A stretch of DNA of 56,551 nucleotides, the filler included, from Stramenopiles sp. TOSAG23-3 (Eukaryota): the NCBI GenBank assembly GCA_900128585.1. It is 4 parts of 4 records of this genome, joined end to end, with 100 filler letters (N's around TTAATTAATTAA, not from the genome) between each part and the next. Parts side by side here need not be neighbours in the genome. Positions count along the whole stretch, not along the records: positions 1 to 26,121 come from LT642278.1; 3 more parts are not named here. The stretch is one strand, 5' to 3'. Position numbers and translations under genes: made by a program. A model generated the notes under the pieces. That model had not been told where the DNA came from and searched no databases. It saw only the letters and a list, made by a program, of their open reading frames with translations. Position 1 is the stretch's first letter. Every line of letters begins with the position of its first letter. Positions 10,475-20,500 of the stretch are shown one piece after another.

Positions 10475-11530
10475 TTAACGATCCAACAGAAACAATCCAT
10501 CGTAATTTTTCCACGCTTCTCGTAATGCATGTCGCCCTTCAGCATCAATCCCGTTAATTTTCAAATTCATCTTTGTCAACGAAGTATTCACTTTCAACGC
10601 CTCTGCAACATATTTTGCCCCTTCAGCACCAATGTCGTTAAGTTCCAAACCAATCTCTGTCAACGAAGTATTCACTTTCAACACCTCTGCAACATCTTTT
10701 GCACCTTCAGCACCAATTTTGTTACATCCCAACTCAATCTTTGTCAACGAAGTATTCACTTTCAACGCCTCTACAACATATTTTGCCCCTTCAGCACCAA
10801 TGTTGTTATTTCCCAAATCAATCTTTGTCAACAAAGTATTCACTTTCAACACCTCTGCAACATCTTTTGTCACTTCAGCACCAATATTGTTAGTTCTCAA
10901 ATCAATCTCTATCAACGAAGGATTTACTTTCATCGCCTCTACAACATCTTTTGCCCCTTCAGCACCAATGTGGTTATAACCCAAATTAATCTTTGTTAAC
11001 GAAGTATTCACTTTCAACGCCGCTGCAACATATTTTGCCCCTTCAGCACCGATGTTGTTCTGTACCAAATTGATCTCTGTCAACGAAGTATTCACTTTCA
11101 ACGCCTCTGCAACATATTTTGCCCCTTCAGCACCAATGTGGTTATAACCCAACATAATCTTTGTCAACGAAGTATTCACTTTCAACGCCTCTGCAACATA
11201 TTTTGTCCCTTCAGCAACAATGTTGAAATGTTCCAAATCAATCGTGGAATAAAAATACGAGTAATACAGTGCTCTTCTTCCTCTGGCATAACACCTAAGA
11301 CTTTGCGTCTTTTCCCACAATATTTTCAGTTTTAATAAGTTATCGACATGATGGTTGTGAACATATTTACACGTCCCCAAAAGACTTGCCCAACACTTAA
11401 AGTCACCGCGAAGAAAGTCCATCATAAATACAAGTAACGCGTCCGGGAGCTCCTTCAGTGTCCTGATACCGTCCTCCTCCTTACTTGTCTTCCCCCTTTT
11501 CTTATCACTCTCGACTAATAAAATTGCCAT
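10475..11530 (-). CDS. F-box-like plus RNI-type (NLRC3-like) leucine-rich repeat protein
   Basis: N-terminal LKELPDALLVFMMDFL...WASLLGTCKYV fits the F-box pattern; eight 28-aa repeats AEGAKYVAEALKVNTSLTxIxLxxNxIG; visibly more AT-rich than neighbouring CDSs. Confidence 0.9.
   Translation of the reverse strand: MAILLVESDKKRGKTSKEEDGIRTLKELPDALLVFMMDFLRGDFKCWASLLGTCKYVHNHHVDNLLKLKILWEKTQSLRCYARGRRALYYSYFYSTIDLEHFNIVAEGTKYVAEALKVNTSLTKIMLGYNHIGAEGAKYVAEALKVNTSLTEINLVQNNIGAEGAKYVAAALKVNTSLTKINLGYNHIGAEGAKDVVEAMKVNPSLIEIDLRTNNIGAEVTKDVAEVLKVNTLLTKIDLGNNNIGAEGAKYVVEALKVNTSLTKIELGCNKIGAEGAKDVAEVLKVNTSLTEIGLELNDIGAEGAKYVAEALKVNTSLTKMNLKINGIDAEGRHALREAWKNYDGLFLLDR
10552..11222. repeat. Coding tandem array of eight 84-bp LRR units
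   Basis: Core gtcaacgaagtattcactttcaac (with minor variants) recurs at 10575, 10659, 10743, 10827, 10911, 10995, 11079 and 11163. Confidence 0.95.
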
Positions 11531-11690
11531 AATTCTCCTTTTGATTTTGAACTGTTATAAGTTGGGAAGTAAGAATGTGTTGATTGTTAATTTTTGTTTA
11601 TTTTTATATAAAATGGTTTGTTTCATTTCATTTCTTAGCGTTTTTATTTTCTTTAATTAGTGTCAAAGAAAGTGATTTCTTCTCGCTTGT

Positions 11691-11925
11691 TGATGATGAT
11701 GATGATGAAGAAAAAAAAGAAAAAAAAAAAAAAAAGAAGAAGAAAAGAAAGAAGAAGGAGAGACGAGAGGAGGAGGTGGAGGTGAGGAGAAAAGAAGAAG
11801 ATATATAATACTACTACTACTACTACGAGGAAAAGAGAAGAAGAGAGAGAAAAAAAAGATAAAATAATAATAAAAAAAAGAAGAATAAAATAAAAAGAAG
11901 AAGAAGCAAGAAGAAAAGAAGAAGT
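11691..11925. repeat. GAT/GAA/poly-A low-complexity tract upstream of the F-box/LRR gene
   Basis: Direct reading. Confidence 0.85.
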
Positions 11926-12110
11926 ATTAATACTCGTCTGTCGTCATCTGATATAATAGAAGAAGAGCGACGAAGGTTGGTTGTTGTAATATTATAATGA
12001 ATATTTATAATAATAGCACCAGGGTTGGAACTGAAATCGTAATTGATATTATTAATATACGTAAAATATAAAAAATGAGAGAGTTTTAAATCTATTAAAG
12101 CATATTATTA

Positions 12111-12209
12111 TAAAAACAAGAAAATTGGCTGTTATTATACTATATATAAAAACAAGAAAATTGGCTGTTATTTAAGTAATTAAAATTAATGTACTGCGAA
12201 CTGAAATCT
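12111..12209 (+). repeat. Dispersed motif copies 2 and 3 in tandem; copy 3 extends into a ~63-bp element shared with 47283-47347
   Basis: taaaaacaagaaaattggctgttat at 12111 and 12147, followed by taagtaattaaaattaatgtactgcgaactgaaatct. Confidence 0.9.
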
Positions 12210-12506
12210 AGATTTAGATATTCTAGGTTTCGTACATTCCTTCATGAACTGAAATCTATCTTTGCTCTTTTGGTCTTACTAATCGATATACCCTTGTCAC
12301 TTATTGACTATCATTCTCAGATGTACTCTATTTATGATCTGAATCAGTAAGATAGGTGGATTGCATTTACTATATGATGATTGTAACGTTGAAATATGTA
12401 TGGTGGAGACAAGAAGATAGAAAAGCTTTTTGGTTTAATGCTCTATAACTCCAGTTTTTTCAACAAAATAATTGCTTTTATATACTCTTGCACATCTTAT
12501 TTGAAA

Positions 12507-15290
12507 TTAAAACTCATTCTTGAACTCGGCTTGAAGCCCGCCACCTCTGCTATTCCCACGAGACTCGTTCGTTCGCCTCGAAGCACGACTGGACCCTCTA
12601 GACATGACGCGACTCGGAGGTCGAGCTGGAATTTGCAGGCCCTGTGATTTTAACGCCTCGGTGAGCGTGTCACGCATTTCTGGAAACTCTCGCCCGAGTT
12701 GGCCCAGCGTGTACAAAACATTGGCGCTGGTCTCCCTAAGCCCTTGTGCCATAAACTGCTTCTCCTCCAGCGTTTCGACATCGTCGGCCACATTTTTACT
12801 ACGCCTATGGTCTATTGCCATTTCACGAACTCTTCGTTCCGATTCCTCCAAACTTCTTTTCTGGTCGTCGAGCTCGCCGATGACCTGCTGGTGCGCATCT
12901 TCAAGATGCCGCATGTGCGCGCTCAGCTGCTCCGTGTTTTTCTCCATCTGCCGAATGCGCCGGGCGTCTTCATCTTGGTCAGCCGTCAAACGTTGCAGCT
13001 CTTTTTTCTTTTTAAACAAATTGTCGTTGGAGATCTTTAGCTGGGCCCCCATCTGGTTCAATTCTGCTGCTTCCTTGCTATTCATGTCAGCATGCTGAAA
13101 GCTCTTTCTATACACAGTGTTTCGGGTATTCAAATGGTTCAGGGTGTTTTCGATGGCCTTCATTTCACGCTCTGCCCTACGAATCTTGCTGTCTAGTTCG
13201 TCTCCCTCCCGCTGCAAAGCCTCCTTCTGCTGCGCTGCCTGGATAATGAAAAAGGCCTGGGACTTTTCTTCGTCGTCCCCACCGTCGGACCCGCGCGCCG
13301 CGGCACAAAGGGACTCGTACTTTAGCTTCAACGATTTGACCTTTGTCATCCTTTCCTTCGATTCTAGCGCCACCTTGTGCCTCTCCTCCTCTGCCGCTTT
13401 GTGGGCAGCACGCTGTACATCCCGATGGACTTGTATCTCGTGCTTTCGCTCCTCCATGCTCTGCTGCAGCTGAAATTTACGATTCGCCAGCCCAAACACT
13501 TCGTCGGCGTGAAGCGACAGCTTGTCGCGCAGGCGCTTTACCTCCAACTTCAAGACATCATGGTTGACCATGATAGTTTTTCGGCTCTTCTTCTGCTCCT
13601 TCAACGTCGCAACAGCGGCGTTGTTGACGAGTTCGAGTTCTGCAATCCGGCCTCGCAGCTCGTTCCTTGCATCGATCGATTCTCGCAACGTTCGTTTCCT
13701 TACCACCAGCTCGTCCATGATCTTCTTCTCTTGCATTTTCAACATCTTCTGCTGCTCTTTGACTTCGTCCAGACCGGCCTGGACGAGCTTTATTTTTGCG
13801 TTCAAGACGATCTTTTCTTCGTCGCTCCGTTCACCACCGGCACGAGCTACTTTGCGCTCCATCTGCTGGATCTGGAACTCGGCCGTGTAAATCAACTCTT
13901 GCTGGCGCAGACTGCTCTGGTCCAATTCAGTAATCTTGTGGTTCAAGTTTTTTGAGGCTGCCTGCGCCCCAGAGATCTCCGCGATAAAATTCGCCTCGGC
14001 TTGCCTGTGCGTAAACAACTCTTGGGACGATTTGAACATGACTTCCTTCAACTTGTTCACCTGGCGCTCCACTTGCTTGAACTGTTTCTCGTTGCGCTCC
14101 AGGTCCTCTTCCATTTGTTTGGCCATCTGCTCCGCATCTACGACGCTGTTCGCCTCTTTGTTCAGGATTTTCTTGGCCTGGATGTACTGCTTTCGGCCAA
14201 CCTCCAGCCTCGAACGTTTGTCCTCCAATACCCGTCGCTGCTCTCCCGTCTGCGCCCGCTTGGCCGCGAGCTCGGCGGCGCACTTCGAAAGCTGGTTCTT
14301 TATGGCCTCCGTTTCGTCGGCAAAGCTCCCTGCGGTGCCCATGGTATTGGTGTAGTTCAGCCGGATGAGTTCTACTTGGCGCTCTTTCACCTTCAGCTTG
14401 CCTTCCGTTTCCGCATTGTCCTTCTTGATGTCCTCCAGTTCCTTGGCGATCTCTTTCACGGCGTCCTTCGTGCGGTTGAAAGACGCCTTCGCATCGGCAA
14501 AGCGCTCTCCTGCACGGCGAATGTCTTCGTCTCGTCTCCTCATGGCTTCAATGCTATCTTGCCACTGCTTGACCAAATCTTGGCGCTCCTTGTGAAGCTT
14601 TCGGAACTCTTCCGCGTGGGTCTCGGTGACTTCGTGGTCTAGGTCGTTCTTCTTTTCGGACACCAAGATCGTCAGCTTCTCGATCTGTAGCGTGATGTCT
14701 TTGATTTTTGCCTCATCCGCCCTGGTGTACTTTTGAAGTGCCAAATTGTCCTCTTCCTTCTGCTTCGCCGCCAACGCCCACTGCTCGAGCTCCTCCTGGT
14801 TCCAGTTCATCTGGAGCTTGAAACGGTCCAACTTCTCGTTCCCTTTGAATATATTGTTCTGGACGACGTTCAGGGCGTCCTGCTGTTCCTCGATTTGGAC
14901 GTTGAGCTTGTTGATTGCGATCCGAATGCCCCCCACCTCTCGCTCCGATAGCGCTTTAAGGTGTTCCTCGGTCTTGCACTCTTTCGACTTGGCCTCGACG
15001 AGGCTTTGGGTATGCAGAAGTTCCTGCTTGACGTGCTTCAAGTGCTCGGACATGATCTTGACACGCTCCTCATTTTCTTCCGCTTCCCGTGCCAAGACTT
15101 CGACCTGCTCTTCTTTCTCCTCCAAGGCCTTGCTGAGGGCCCTGCTCTCTGCGTTTGCAAACGCAGGCAAGTTGCCTGCGTTGATATCGAACTCTTCATC
15201 CGAACCATCATCTTCTGAAAAATATTCCTCCTCCTCGTCTAACCTATTTTGGGGTTGCCCCTCCATACCATCTTCTTCGTCGTTGTACAT
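12507..15290 (-). CDS. CCDC39: Coiled-coil domain-containing protein 39 (axonemal 96-nm ruler, FAP59)
   Basis: Diagnostic segments LP.FAN.E, MNWNQEELEQW...QKEEDNLAL.KY.RADEAKIK, QQELIY.AEFQIQQMERKVARA.G, EKSQAFFII.AAQ.KE.LQREGDELD; first ATG at 15290. Confidence 0.95.
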   Translation of the reverse strand: MYNDEEDGMEGQPQNRLDEEEEYFSEDDGSDEEFDINAGNLPAFANAESRALSKALEEKEEQVEVLAREAEENEERVKIMSEHLKHVKQELLHTQSLVEAKSKECKTEEHLKALSEREVGGIRIAINKLNVQIEEQQDALNVVQNNIFKGNEKLDRFKLQMNWNQEELEQWALAAKQKEEDNLALQKYTRADEAKIKDITLQIEKLTILVSEKKNDLDHEVTETHAEEFRKLHKERQDLVKQWQDSIEAMRRRDEDIRRAGERFADAKASFNRTKDAVKEIAKELEDIKKDNAETEGKLKVKERQVELIRLNYTNTMGTAGSFADETEAIKNQLSKCAAELAAKRAQTGEQRRVLEDKRSRLEVGRKQYIQAKKILNKEANSVVDAEQMAKQMEEDLERNEKQFKQVERQVNKLKEVMFKSSQELFTHRQAEANFIAEISGAQAASKNLNHKITELDQSSLRQQELIYTAEFQIQQMERKVARAGGERSDEEKIVLNAKIKLVQAGLDEVKEQQKMLKMQEKKIMDELVVRKRTLRESIDARNELRGRIAELELVNNAAVATLKEQKKSRKTIMVNHDVLKLEVKRLRDKLSLHADEVFGLANRKFQLQQSMEERKHEIQVHRDVQRAAHKAAEEERHKVALESKERMTKVKSLKLKYESLCAAARGSDGGDDEEKSQAFFIIQAAQQKEALQREGDELDSKIRRAEREMKAIENTLNHLNTRNTVYRKSFQHADMNSKEAAELNQMGAQLKISNDNLFKKKKELQRLTADQDEDARRIRQMEKNTEQLSAHMRHLEDAHQQVIGELDDQKRSLEESERRVREMAIDHRRSKNVADDVETLEEKQFMAQGLRETSANVLYTLGQLGREFPEMRDTLTEALKSQGLQIPARPPSRVMSRGSSRASRRTNESRGNSRGGGLQAEFKNEF

Positions 15291-16113
15291 GGTTTCTCGT
15301 TTACAGCGGAAGGTCAAATCGATCTAAACGTTTTGAAGACTGTTTGTTCTCTCGCTCTCTTGCTTTCGATCAATCAATCAATCGGTTAATACAATTCTCT
15401 CTTTCTTTCTAAGAATGAAAGAATTCCTCGCAAATGTTTATTGTTACAAACAATCTTTCTTTCATTCATTCATATTCCATAGAATTCATTGAATACTTAA
15501 TTTATCGGATTAGATTCTCTACTAATTTTTTATTTATATTATTCGTGATTATTATTATTAATTATAATAATTTTTGTTGTTGTGGACCTTCTTTCCTTCC
15601 TTGTTGTACAGTACTATTTAGTCATCTAATAATAATAACTCAATCGTTTTCTTTCTTCTTCTTTCTCTTGCTTCTTTTTTTCTTTCTTTTTTCTTTTCTT
15701 CTTTTCTTCTTTTTTTTCGCTCTACTATAATTTTGATAACGGCAGTGATTAACATGGGAATAGGATAGAAATGGTTGATTGAATAATTTAAATTAACGGT
15801 AATTATATTACTATACGATTTAATATACTTTCTCATTATCCTATTTAAAGAGAGAAGATTAAAAAAAAAAGAAACGCTTCGAAATAACCCTAATATTAAC
15901 ATGATATACTAATATGGCTAAAGTACCATAGTCTTATGTTATAACAACTACGAGTATATATAGGGATTATACAATACGTACGGAATAAAAGAGTATAAAG
16001 AGAGACAAAGGAAATATTATCATTTAACTACTGGTGCTATAACGAGTACATTGATTGATGGATGGATGGATGGGATGAAGCTGTATTATAAAAGAGATGA
16101 GATGGAATGAGAT

Positions 16114-16150
<37 letters not shown>

Positions 16151-16447
16151 AGAAGTATAATGAAAAGTTAGAAAAAAAGGATGAATTCAATTAATAATAA
16201 TAAAAGATTTGGAAAAAAAAAAGAAGTAGAGTATAGATTGTGTTTGTCCACAAGTAGTTGTTGTTTTTATATAATATATAAAATAGATCACAAGGTGTCT
16301 GAAACCATTTATTGAGATTTATTATAATTTAGATACACTTAGTTAACTGAACACAGAGAGATTTAATAAAGTATTGTTGTTGGAAACGGCACATTCTTAA
16401 TTTGTTACTGTAAAGAGAACATTCCTTTGAGCATTTTTACAGTTACC

Positions 16448-17365
16448 ATGTCTGGCAACCGAAGCTCGTCCACGCCACCGGTTTGGACAAAGTTTGCCAT
16501 TGCTGGTTTTGGGGGCTTCAGTGGTTGGATGTTTGTGCACCCCTTTGACGTGCTGAAGGTCAGGTTGCAAATAAATGAAGGGGCAAATGTTGGTGCGGTA
16601 GGAACATTCAAAAATTTAGTAAAGAACGAGGGCGCCCGTGGATTGTACAGTGGGTTATCCGCTGCCGCCGCTCGTCAGTTCAGTTATACGACAGGTCGGC
16701 TCGGCCTGTATGACACGTTCACCAGCCGGGTTCTCGCTGGTAAAAAAGGGACGGAACAGACCCAGCTGGCGTTGTTCGAAAAGCTAGGCTGCGGCCTGGC
16801 CGCCGGAGCGATTGCGGCGACCGCGTGCTGTCCCATCGAGGTATCTCTGGTGCGAATGCAAGCCGACGGTGTTGCTGAAGCGTCTAAAAGGCGAGGTTAC
16901 AAGAACGTGTTTGACGCCGTGTACAAAATAGGTAGCCAAGAAGGGGTAAAGGCACTGTGGCGAGGGGTTGTGCCAACGGTAACACGCGGGGCCGTCGTGT
17001 CCATGACTCAGCTGGCGACCTATGACCAAGCGAAAGAAATGTACTTGAATAGCGGTATCGTCAAGGAAGAAGGGAAGCCATTGCATTTAATATCCAGCGT
17101 TACGAGCGGGTTCATTTATTGCGTTGTCTCGTTGCCCCTGGACATCACGAAAACTAGAATGCAAAACCAACTGCCTCTCCCGGACGGTTCTTTGAAGTAC
17201 AATAATCTCGTGGACGCTTTGGTGAAGATTCCACGCCAAGAGGGTATGTTTGCGTTGTGGAAAGGTTTCCCTCCATATTTTCTTCGTGGGGGAGGCCATA
17301 CGGTGTTCATGTTTCTGTTTGTGGAAGAGTACCGTAGGCTTGTCAAGGATTACTACCGAGAGTGA
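16448..17365 (+). CDS. Mitochondrial carrier of the 2-oxoglutarate/malate (di-/tricarboxylate) subfamily
   Basis: Three PX[DE]XX[KR] repeats (PFDVLKVRLQ, PIEVSLVRMQAD, PLDITKTRMQ); LYSGLSA...RQ..YTT.RLGLY and TYDQAKE are SLC25A11/DTC-like. Confidence 0.92.
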   Translation: MSGNRSSSTPPVWTKFAIAGFGGFSGWMFVHPFDVLKVRLQINEGANVGAVGTFKNLVKNEGARGLYSGLSAAAARQFSYTTGRLGLYDTFTSRVLAGKKGTEQTQLALFEKLGCGLAAGAIAATACCPIEVSLVRMQADGVAEASKRRGYKNVFDAVYKIGSQEGVKALWRGVVPTVTRGAVVSMTQLATYDQAKEMYLNSGIVKEEGKPLHLISSVTSGFIYCVVSLPLDITKTRMQNQLPLPDGSLKYNNLVDALVKIPRQEGMFALWKGFPPYFLRGGGHTVFMFLFVEEYRRLVKDYYRE

Positions 17366-17511
17366 GGAGGGCGTGGAAAAAGGTATGATAACAAAGTATA
17401 CGGTCAAACACCTTTCTTAGAGTATCTCTACTTTCAGGTTCTTAACAAATACGAACTAGAGATAACTGTAGACGCTCCTAACATAACAAAGTAATTGTTA
17501 AAATTTTCTTT

Positions 17512-20500
17512 TTAAAATGGGTACTTTTCGTATTTGTATGAATCAACACCAACACCATCAGGCGGATCGCCCAATTTCTCAAATTCAGATTTCAATTTTT
17601 TCAACAGTTTTTGAAGGGCGTTCGCGTCGGGGCCTCTTTGTTTTGCTTCTTCTATCCAGCCTTCAATTTGCTTGCAAATATAGAATTGTTTCAGTCGAAA
17701 GTGCTCTTTCACAAAAGCCTCGAATCCCGGGGGAGGATGTTGCAGCTGGCCAAGCATAGCATGCATGACTGTTGCCACCCTCAGCCGTTCATACCCACCA
17801 TTTTTGCTGGTTCTTGCTGCCTCGTGGGAACTTTCTTTGCCCCATTGTTGCTCAACCCCTGGTTCATTATAGTACGGGTACTGGCTTCCCAAAATTTGTC
17901 CCTGTACACTCACGATCACCTGCAGCACCGTGCTTTTTTTCGGAACCCAATTCTCTTGGCCAGTCGATCCACCTTGCCACGTGCCGAGCAGGCTAAGACA
18001 AACTTTGCCGCATTTGTACAGGTTGGGGTTGAAGCGAACTCGCCCTGCTCCCGTCGTCTCTAAATTGACCTTCGGAGGGACCTTGGGATAGTTAGGTGGA
18101 AAGTATACATCGAACACGAAACAGCCACTATCGTAAGGGGTGTTTGAAGGACCGGTTATCAGGACTTTCATTACAAATGGGCGCGTTTGATCAAACCGAA
18201 GTGCGATCATTGACCCAAAGTGAATTGGCATGTCGCGCTTGAGGCTCTTTAGTTCCCGATTAACGCGCTTGTCGCGAGATTTCGACACTTTTCCAGCAAT
18301 ATCTGCGGTGATTTCACCAGAATAATGATGGTTGTAGACAGATCCAGCGCCTTTCATATCGGTGGATTTAAACTGGTACCGTTTCAATTCTTCTGCGTAC
18401 AAAGCCATTAAGTTTGATGCGCCATCTACGATTTCATTGCCAGATGTCTCTGTTTCGCTAGAAATTTTCTGCTCACCATCGTTATCTTTTAGCTTCACTG
18501 CCGCATCGTCATCAAGTGATTTCATTGCGCTGTCGACGGCCAAATAGGCACCTTCGAATTCTTCTCGGAGTTTTGCGTCTGGGGTTAAGCCCCTTCCGTC
18601 ATATTTCTTTAACATCCAGTCCGAACCGTACAGAAGGTCTGTTATATCATTAGCCGGAGTATGGACGCGCATGGCGTCCTCATCGTCGTCCTCATCGTCA
18701 TCCATATCTGCACAGAGTTCAACATTCTCTGCTAGCAATTCATGGATAGATTTAGTCAGGCCCGGTAATTTCCCACAAAGTCTAATTGTCTCAGGGCGCT
18801 GGGCTAGACCAATGACCACGCGAAGAATGGCATGGTGAAGGCTCCTGTTCGAGGCCAGGGACATGGAGCTATTGCCAAACAGGTACGAGAAAAATACCGA
18901 AAGCAGTGGTGATGCCTCCACAATATTGGAAAACAAGTCCCAGTCCACAGGTATGGCTTGGTTGGGGATTTCCAAAAATAGAGCTAGGCAATGAAGTGCA
19001 TGGACTGTTGCCTTTTTCTTACGCTCGCGCTCATTTTCTTGCTTGTCGTATTCGTTCGTGCTGTTGTTGTGACCATGGCCAAAACCTGGTTTCCACAACA
19101 TTGATTTGTTACTTTCTTTGCTTTTTCCAGTCTTGCCAGTCGGACCGTTGGACGTCCCTTGGCCGCCGGTGCTTGAGTTTGAAGAAGCTGCATTTGATAC
19201 CTTCCTTATTAGAACATTTACTGAATCTTTAAATGTATCGGTCCATTTGGGGTCTCGGGGACCTTCCCCTTGCAAGGTTCCGATCCTCAATAAAAGGCGA
19301 GAGATAGTGCCGCTTGAAACAGACATTGATGTGAGCTTTGGAGACACTGCATCTCCGATGCGCGCCTTGAACATATTTGATAAAATACTCACTTGGCACG
19401 ACATTGGATCTAACATATAATCTGCGGCTGAAGGAATGTCACACATGTCGACACCAAGAGCAACCAGTAGAAGCGAGACACACATAGTATGACCAGCAAA
19501 ACTGTCTGCAAAGCCAGGAAGCTCGATGCTGCTTTCTAAATTTGACAACCATAGTAATAGCACTCGTCTTGATTTCTCTTTCTCGCTATTTGTGGTCACT
19601 TTAGAATTGACAAGATCTAGCGCATTGTCATTATAGAGCGAAACTGTGCCGCTACCGGAATGGGACCTTTCAGAACGCAAAAGACGCTTTATTATACACT
19701 TTAGCACACCGCGAGATGCTATCTGCTTCAACATGGGGAATGTGTTCGCCTCTGTGGGTGCATGGGGTAAGATAGCAAAACTGGGATTATGACCAGGAGC
19801 GCAAGTCATTTGCGGCCGAACTGCGATTCCGTTGTGAGCTGTAATGGGCCACAAGCCCCGTGCAATGGCACCACCACTGAACCTTGAAAGAACAAAACTC
19901 TCAGATTTACTGCACGATACTAGCACTTGAGTTCCCATAAAAAAGTTTAGCATGTGAGCAGACGATCCCAACTCTTTTTTGAACATTTCTGTCAGGCGCT
20001 TTGGCCTTTTAGTAGTCATTACACTCGATATGTTTACGCGAATTTGCTTACCAATGAAAGCATCTACTTTACTTTCCATTATTAATGCTGCAACATCAAA
20101 ATTTATGAAACCACCGACGTGTTGCTTGAAGTCTTGGTGTGAAGTGGCTGTAACAGAAACGCTCCCTCTACCCCGCAATTCGTTTCTAACAGACGGGTGA
20201 AGTTGAAGGCAAATAGCAAATGTGACGCAGGGTGTTTTTGCATAACCGCCCCACTGTCCATCAAACGCGTCGCAGCGACTGGTATTTTCGGAACATGTAT
20301 TGGAAGCCACTGGTTTGAATTCAATATCTACTATTGTGTTCCCATTATTTTGAAGCACAAGGTCTCTAGCACGTGTTTTCGCATTTACATGAGCCGAGGG
20401 TTCACATTTCTTATACAGTTCATAGCTACGGTCTATTCCACATTTGTTCATCGCTAAATCTAGCACTAGCATGTCGGCAGGCAAAGTATAAAGTGGAGAA

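Noticed and set aside
10552-11222. CRISPR-like pattern of conserved repeats with short variable spacers
   Set aside because: The period is exactly 84 bp (28 codons) inside an open LRR frame; the context is eukaryotic and there are no cas genes.
10111-12090. Imperfect inverted repeat (ttttaagactctcattttt / aaaaatgagagagttttaaa) as transposon TIRs around LRR gene 1
   Set aside because: Short, AT-rich and needs a gap to align; no transposase or clear target duplication next to it.
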